A DNA stretch of 64,000 bases from an uncultured Candidatus Saccharibacteria bacterium. GTDB lineage: Bacteria > Patescibacteriota > Minisyncoccia > Phycocordibacterales > UBA918. The position numbers were made by a program, and so were the translations under genes. This document shows, piece after piece, positions 61,362 through 64,000 of this stretch. The first letter of the stretch is position 1; every line of letters begins with the position of its first letter. Below the pieces are notes generated by a model, which worked only from the letters and a program-made list of their open reading frames with translations, was not told where the DNA came from and searched no databases. The stretch spans positions 10,609 through 74,608 of the forward strand of contig CAZSZB010000002.1 of the NCBI GenBank assembly GCA_964611205.1, read 5' to 3'.

Positions 61362-61535
61362 CTATATATTTAATAATAACACTAACCAAACCACCATACT
61401 TAATATAGACACCCCAATAAGACTAGCAATTATTAGATAATTACCTGTTTCTTTATGAAGAAACTTCAAGAATAAATTAGTTACTGATTTCTTAATCAGC
61501 TCTATATTACGAGTTATAGTTATAATTTGTATCAT
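61362..61535 (-). CDS. Possible small protein with C-terminal TM (57 aa)
   Basis: MIQIITITRNIELIKKSVTNLFLKFLHKETGNYLIIASLIGVSILSMVVWLVLLLNI*. Confidence 0.4.
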   Translation of the reverse strand: MIQIITITRNIELIKKSVTNLFLKFLHKETGNYLIIASLIGVSILSMVVWLVLLLNI

Positions 61536-61773
61536 AGTGAGAGAATGACGCTTTAAACACTATTTTCAAGTGTTTTGAATCTGATAATAGAGTGGCTTAA
61601 TCCTTCTTATACCTACCTTACACCTGTCATTTATTTACACAAGCTTTCCGTATATTGCAGGTAAAAATTAACTCTTGAATTAACTCCGGAGTTAATTCAG
61701 TAAATATCAATGTCACGAACACATCTAGAAAGATATTACTAAAAACACTTCCGTGTTTGCGTCGTACCGATTG

Positions 61774-61901
61774 CTGCCAGACTAGGACTCGAAACTTACA
61801 GTTTCAGTACCCGTTGTCATTATCTTTCATTCTTCAAGATAATAGGCAACGGCTTCGAATCCTAACGTAACAGTCTCCCGGACTGTTACTAGCTTGGCAG
61901 C
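61774..61901 (-). ncRNA. tRNA-Gln 3'-end-anchored structured element
   Basis: 21-bp copy of tRNA 3' end (61773-61793); antisense copy split by AGTAACAGTC-CGGGA-GACTGTTACGT (61865-61890); core similar to the Ala element. Confidence 0.7.
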
Positions 61902-61943
61902 TCTAAAGCAAAACCACCCTCCTCGGGTGGTTTGTGCTAAGAG

Positions 61944-62014
61944 CTGCCAGACTAGGACTCGAACCTAGATAACATGGACCAGAACCATGTGTCCTACCAT
62001 TAGACGATCTGGCA
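61944..62014 (-). tRNA. tRNA-Gln(CTG)
   Basis: TGCCAGATCGTCTAATGGTAGGACACATGGTTCTGGTCCATGTTATCTAGGTTCGAGTCCTAGTCTGGCAG; no CCA. Confidence 0.96.
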
Positions 62015-62154
62015 ATGGTAATAATTTGATTTATATCATTCTTTGAACTTTTTCAACAAAAATAATGAAAAATATTCAGATTCAATATAATTTAAATGTT
62101 GACGTAAAGAATGATGGCCATTATATTGCCATATTTTTGTGACTATTCAAGCAA

Positions 62155-62769
62155 CTAATCCCGCACTATCCGCCAGTTTGGTTTTTCATTTGTAATATAT
62201 TGTACGTGGGTCAAACTAGCATTCTTCATTTTAATGATTTTTATCAAAGTTAAAGCGGCCTGCCAAGGCAATAATGCTCTCTTTCTGTTCATATGAACCA
62301 GAAATAAGTTAATGAATACTGAATGCGAAACAATTATAATTCGAGCGTCCGCAGGTTGAATGACTAGAAATTCTTTAGCCTTAGTTATACGATTCCTGAA
62401 AGCTCGATATGATTCTCCTTTTTTTCCACATTCATTGTCACCAGAGTAACCACAGAACCAAAGAATTAGATAGAAAATGGATTTAAAACTACGATGATGA
62501 TTACCATACAGCCGCTGTGGACGACATAATTCTGTAAACAAATCACTGGTCTCAATATCCAAACCAGTTTGTTTGGATATAATCTGTCCAGTTTCTAAAG
62601 CTCGCATTCTTTGGCTTACGAATAAATGGGTGGGATCTAATTCTTTTATCACAGTAGCTACTTCACTGGCTTGCTTGCGACCCAGTTCAGTTAAAGTAGT
62701 ATCTTCCTGCTGATGACGACGCGCTAAATTACCATCCGTCTCCCCATGCCGCACAAAATAAATATCCAT
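62155..62769 (-). CDS. Histidine phosphatase family protein
   Basis: VRHGET, RALET, GES, VSH. Confidence 0.92.
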   Translation of the reverse strand: MDIYFVRHGETDGNLARRHQQEDTTLTELGRKQASEVATVIKELDPTHLFVSQRMRALETGQIISKQTGLDIETSDLFTELCRPQRLYGNHHRSFKSIFYLILWFCGYSGDNECGKKGESYRAFRNRITKAKEFLVIQPADARIIIVSHSVFINLFLVHMNRKRALLPWQAALTLIKIIKMKNASLTHVQYITNEKPNWRIVRD

Positions 62770-62775
62770 AAAAAA

Positions 62776-63810
62776 CTATCCTTGGCAGGTTTCAATTACA
62801 GCTAACTCTAAAGGTAATTGGGGTAGTGGTACTTTCCCTGTCTGTTCCGCCGCTGTTAAAAAACGCATAAGCAAATGTGAGTTAATAGCTCCAACTGATT
62901 CACTCGCTAGACTTTGCAGTCTCTCAGCTTCCGTTGCACTAAAATTGGCGAGAATACTTTCTGCATTTCCGGGAGCATTACGTAGCAGAATAACAGCCCG
63001 CAATCTCTCCAATAGAAGTCTGACGAATAATTTCATATCCACCTGTGATACTACAGCTTCATTAATAGCTTTGATGGCTGATTCTGCATCTTTAGTATTA
63101 AGAGCCGTTACTAATTGCTCTAAAATCTGTAACTTTGGAGCACCGATAATCTCGGCCACTTCATCAGCCCCACCAATCGTATCCCCAGAGGCTAAAATGA
63201 CTTTCTGAGTGATGCCCAAAGCGTCACGAAAAGAACCATCCGCGGCTATCGCTATCAAGTCGGCAGCATCATGACTCAACTTAAAACCTTCTTTTTTAGC
63301 TACTTCAGTTACGACACCATTCAACATCTCTCGCGATGGTTGTCGCATAGTAAATATCTGACAACGTGACAAAATTGTATCCAACAATCTATCTGGTTCT
63401 GTAGTAGCCAAAATAAATATCACATGAGCTGGTGGCTCCTCTAAGGTTTTCAAAAGAGCATTAAAAGCTTCCTTGGTAAGCATGTGTATCTCATCGATTA
63501 TGTAGACTTTTCGTTTACTTTCATAAGGCATAGTATGAACGGCTTCTCGTAAAGCTCTAACATCATCTATCCCTCTGTTGCTGGCTGCATCAATTTCGTA
63601 CACATCTACTGCTTTAACTCCGATTTCTTTAGCAAAGATACGAGCTAAGGTGGTTTTCCCCGTTCCTCTACCTCCAGCAAATAAAATAGCGTGGGGAATA
63701 TTATCCTTCTTAATCGCCCCCTCTAAAACTGTTACGATATGATCCTGACCTTTAACATCCTTAAAGGTTTCTGGCCGATATTTACGATATAAAGCAATAT
63801 TTTCTGACAT
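62776..63810 (-). CDS. dnaX: DNA polymerase III gamma/tau (short)
   Basis: LYRKYRP, GGRGTGKTT, IDAASNRG, IIDEIHML, LLKTLEEPP, SRC. Confidence 0.96.
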   Translation of the reverse strand: MSENIALYRKYRPETFKDVKGQDHIVTVLEGAIKKDNIPHAILFAGGRGTGKTTLARIFAKEIGVKAVDVYEIDAASNRGIDDVRALREAVHTMPYESKRKVYIIDEIHMLTKEAFNALLKTLEEPPAHVIFILATTEPDRLLDTILSRCQIFTMRQPSREMLNGVVTEVAKKEGFKLSHDAADLIAIAADGSFRDALGITQKVILASGDTIGGADEVAEIIGAPKLQILEQLVTALNTKDAESAIKAINEAVVSQVDMKLFVRLLLERLRAVILLRNAPGNAESILANFSATEAERLQSLASESVGAINSHLLMRFLTAAEQTGKVPLPQLPLELAVIETCQG

Positions 63811-63878
63811 AAAGATGATTATAACAGATAATAAAAAAGACGAGTCTTTTACCCGTCTCTTTTATTATTTTCCTAAAA

Positions 63879-64000
63879 CTATTTTTTGGCTACTTTTTTT
63901 GTGGCTTTCTTGACTGCTTTTTTTGTGGCTTTTTTAACAGTCTTCTTCGCTGCGCTAGCCTTCCCTGTCATTTTATCTTTAATTTGTTTTCCTTCTTTAA
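63879..64000 (-). CDS. C-terminus of a protein with Lys/Ala-rich tail (partial)
   Basis: ...KEGKQIKDKMTGKASAAKKTVKKATKKAVKKATKKVAKK* followed by a hairpin at about 63833-63863. Confidence 0.7.
   Translation of the reverse strand, partial: KEGKQIKDKMTGKASAAKKTVKKATKKAVKKATKKVAKK

Noticed and set aside
63879-63960. DNA tandem repeat
   Set aside because: Explained by a KKA(T/V) low-complexity protein tail

Overview
AT-rich (roughly 37-40% GC by eye), gene-dense bacterial chromosome segment using the standard code. Gene content and style (truncated ATP synthase epsilon/delta, short UvrC, few Shine-Dalgarno sites, many small membrane or secreted unknowns) suggest a Patescibacteria/CPR (Parcubacteria-like) genome; this is inference. 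It carries atpBEFHAGDC, ddl, uvrCAB, tgt, split umuD/umuC, groES/EL, secG, rnj, dnaX, glycoside hydrolases and three tRNA genes (Ala-TGC, Ser-GGA, Gln-CTG; none encodes CCA). Two observations stand out. (1) All three tRNA genes are followed by the same ~125-130 nt structured non-coding element. Each contains an antisense copy and a sense copy of that particular tRNA's 3' end around a conserved, covarying core (GTAA-stem-YGGGA-stem-TTAC hairpin and GTAC/NGTAN hairpin). A second tandem copy lies at tRNA-Ala, and a ~162-bp array of 5'-end-anchored units precedes tRNA-Ser. (2) A 770-aa membrane protein has a cd1 nitrite reductase-type d1 beta-propeller retaining all three key histidines, fused to two cytochrome b5-like domains instead of a c-type cytochrome. 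Also noted: widespread leaderless-type promoters, several apparently dead enzymes, a zinc-less TGT and odd-centred palindromes. Product calls come from motif recognition only; no searches were run.
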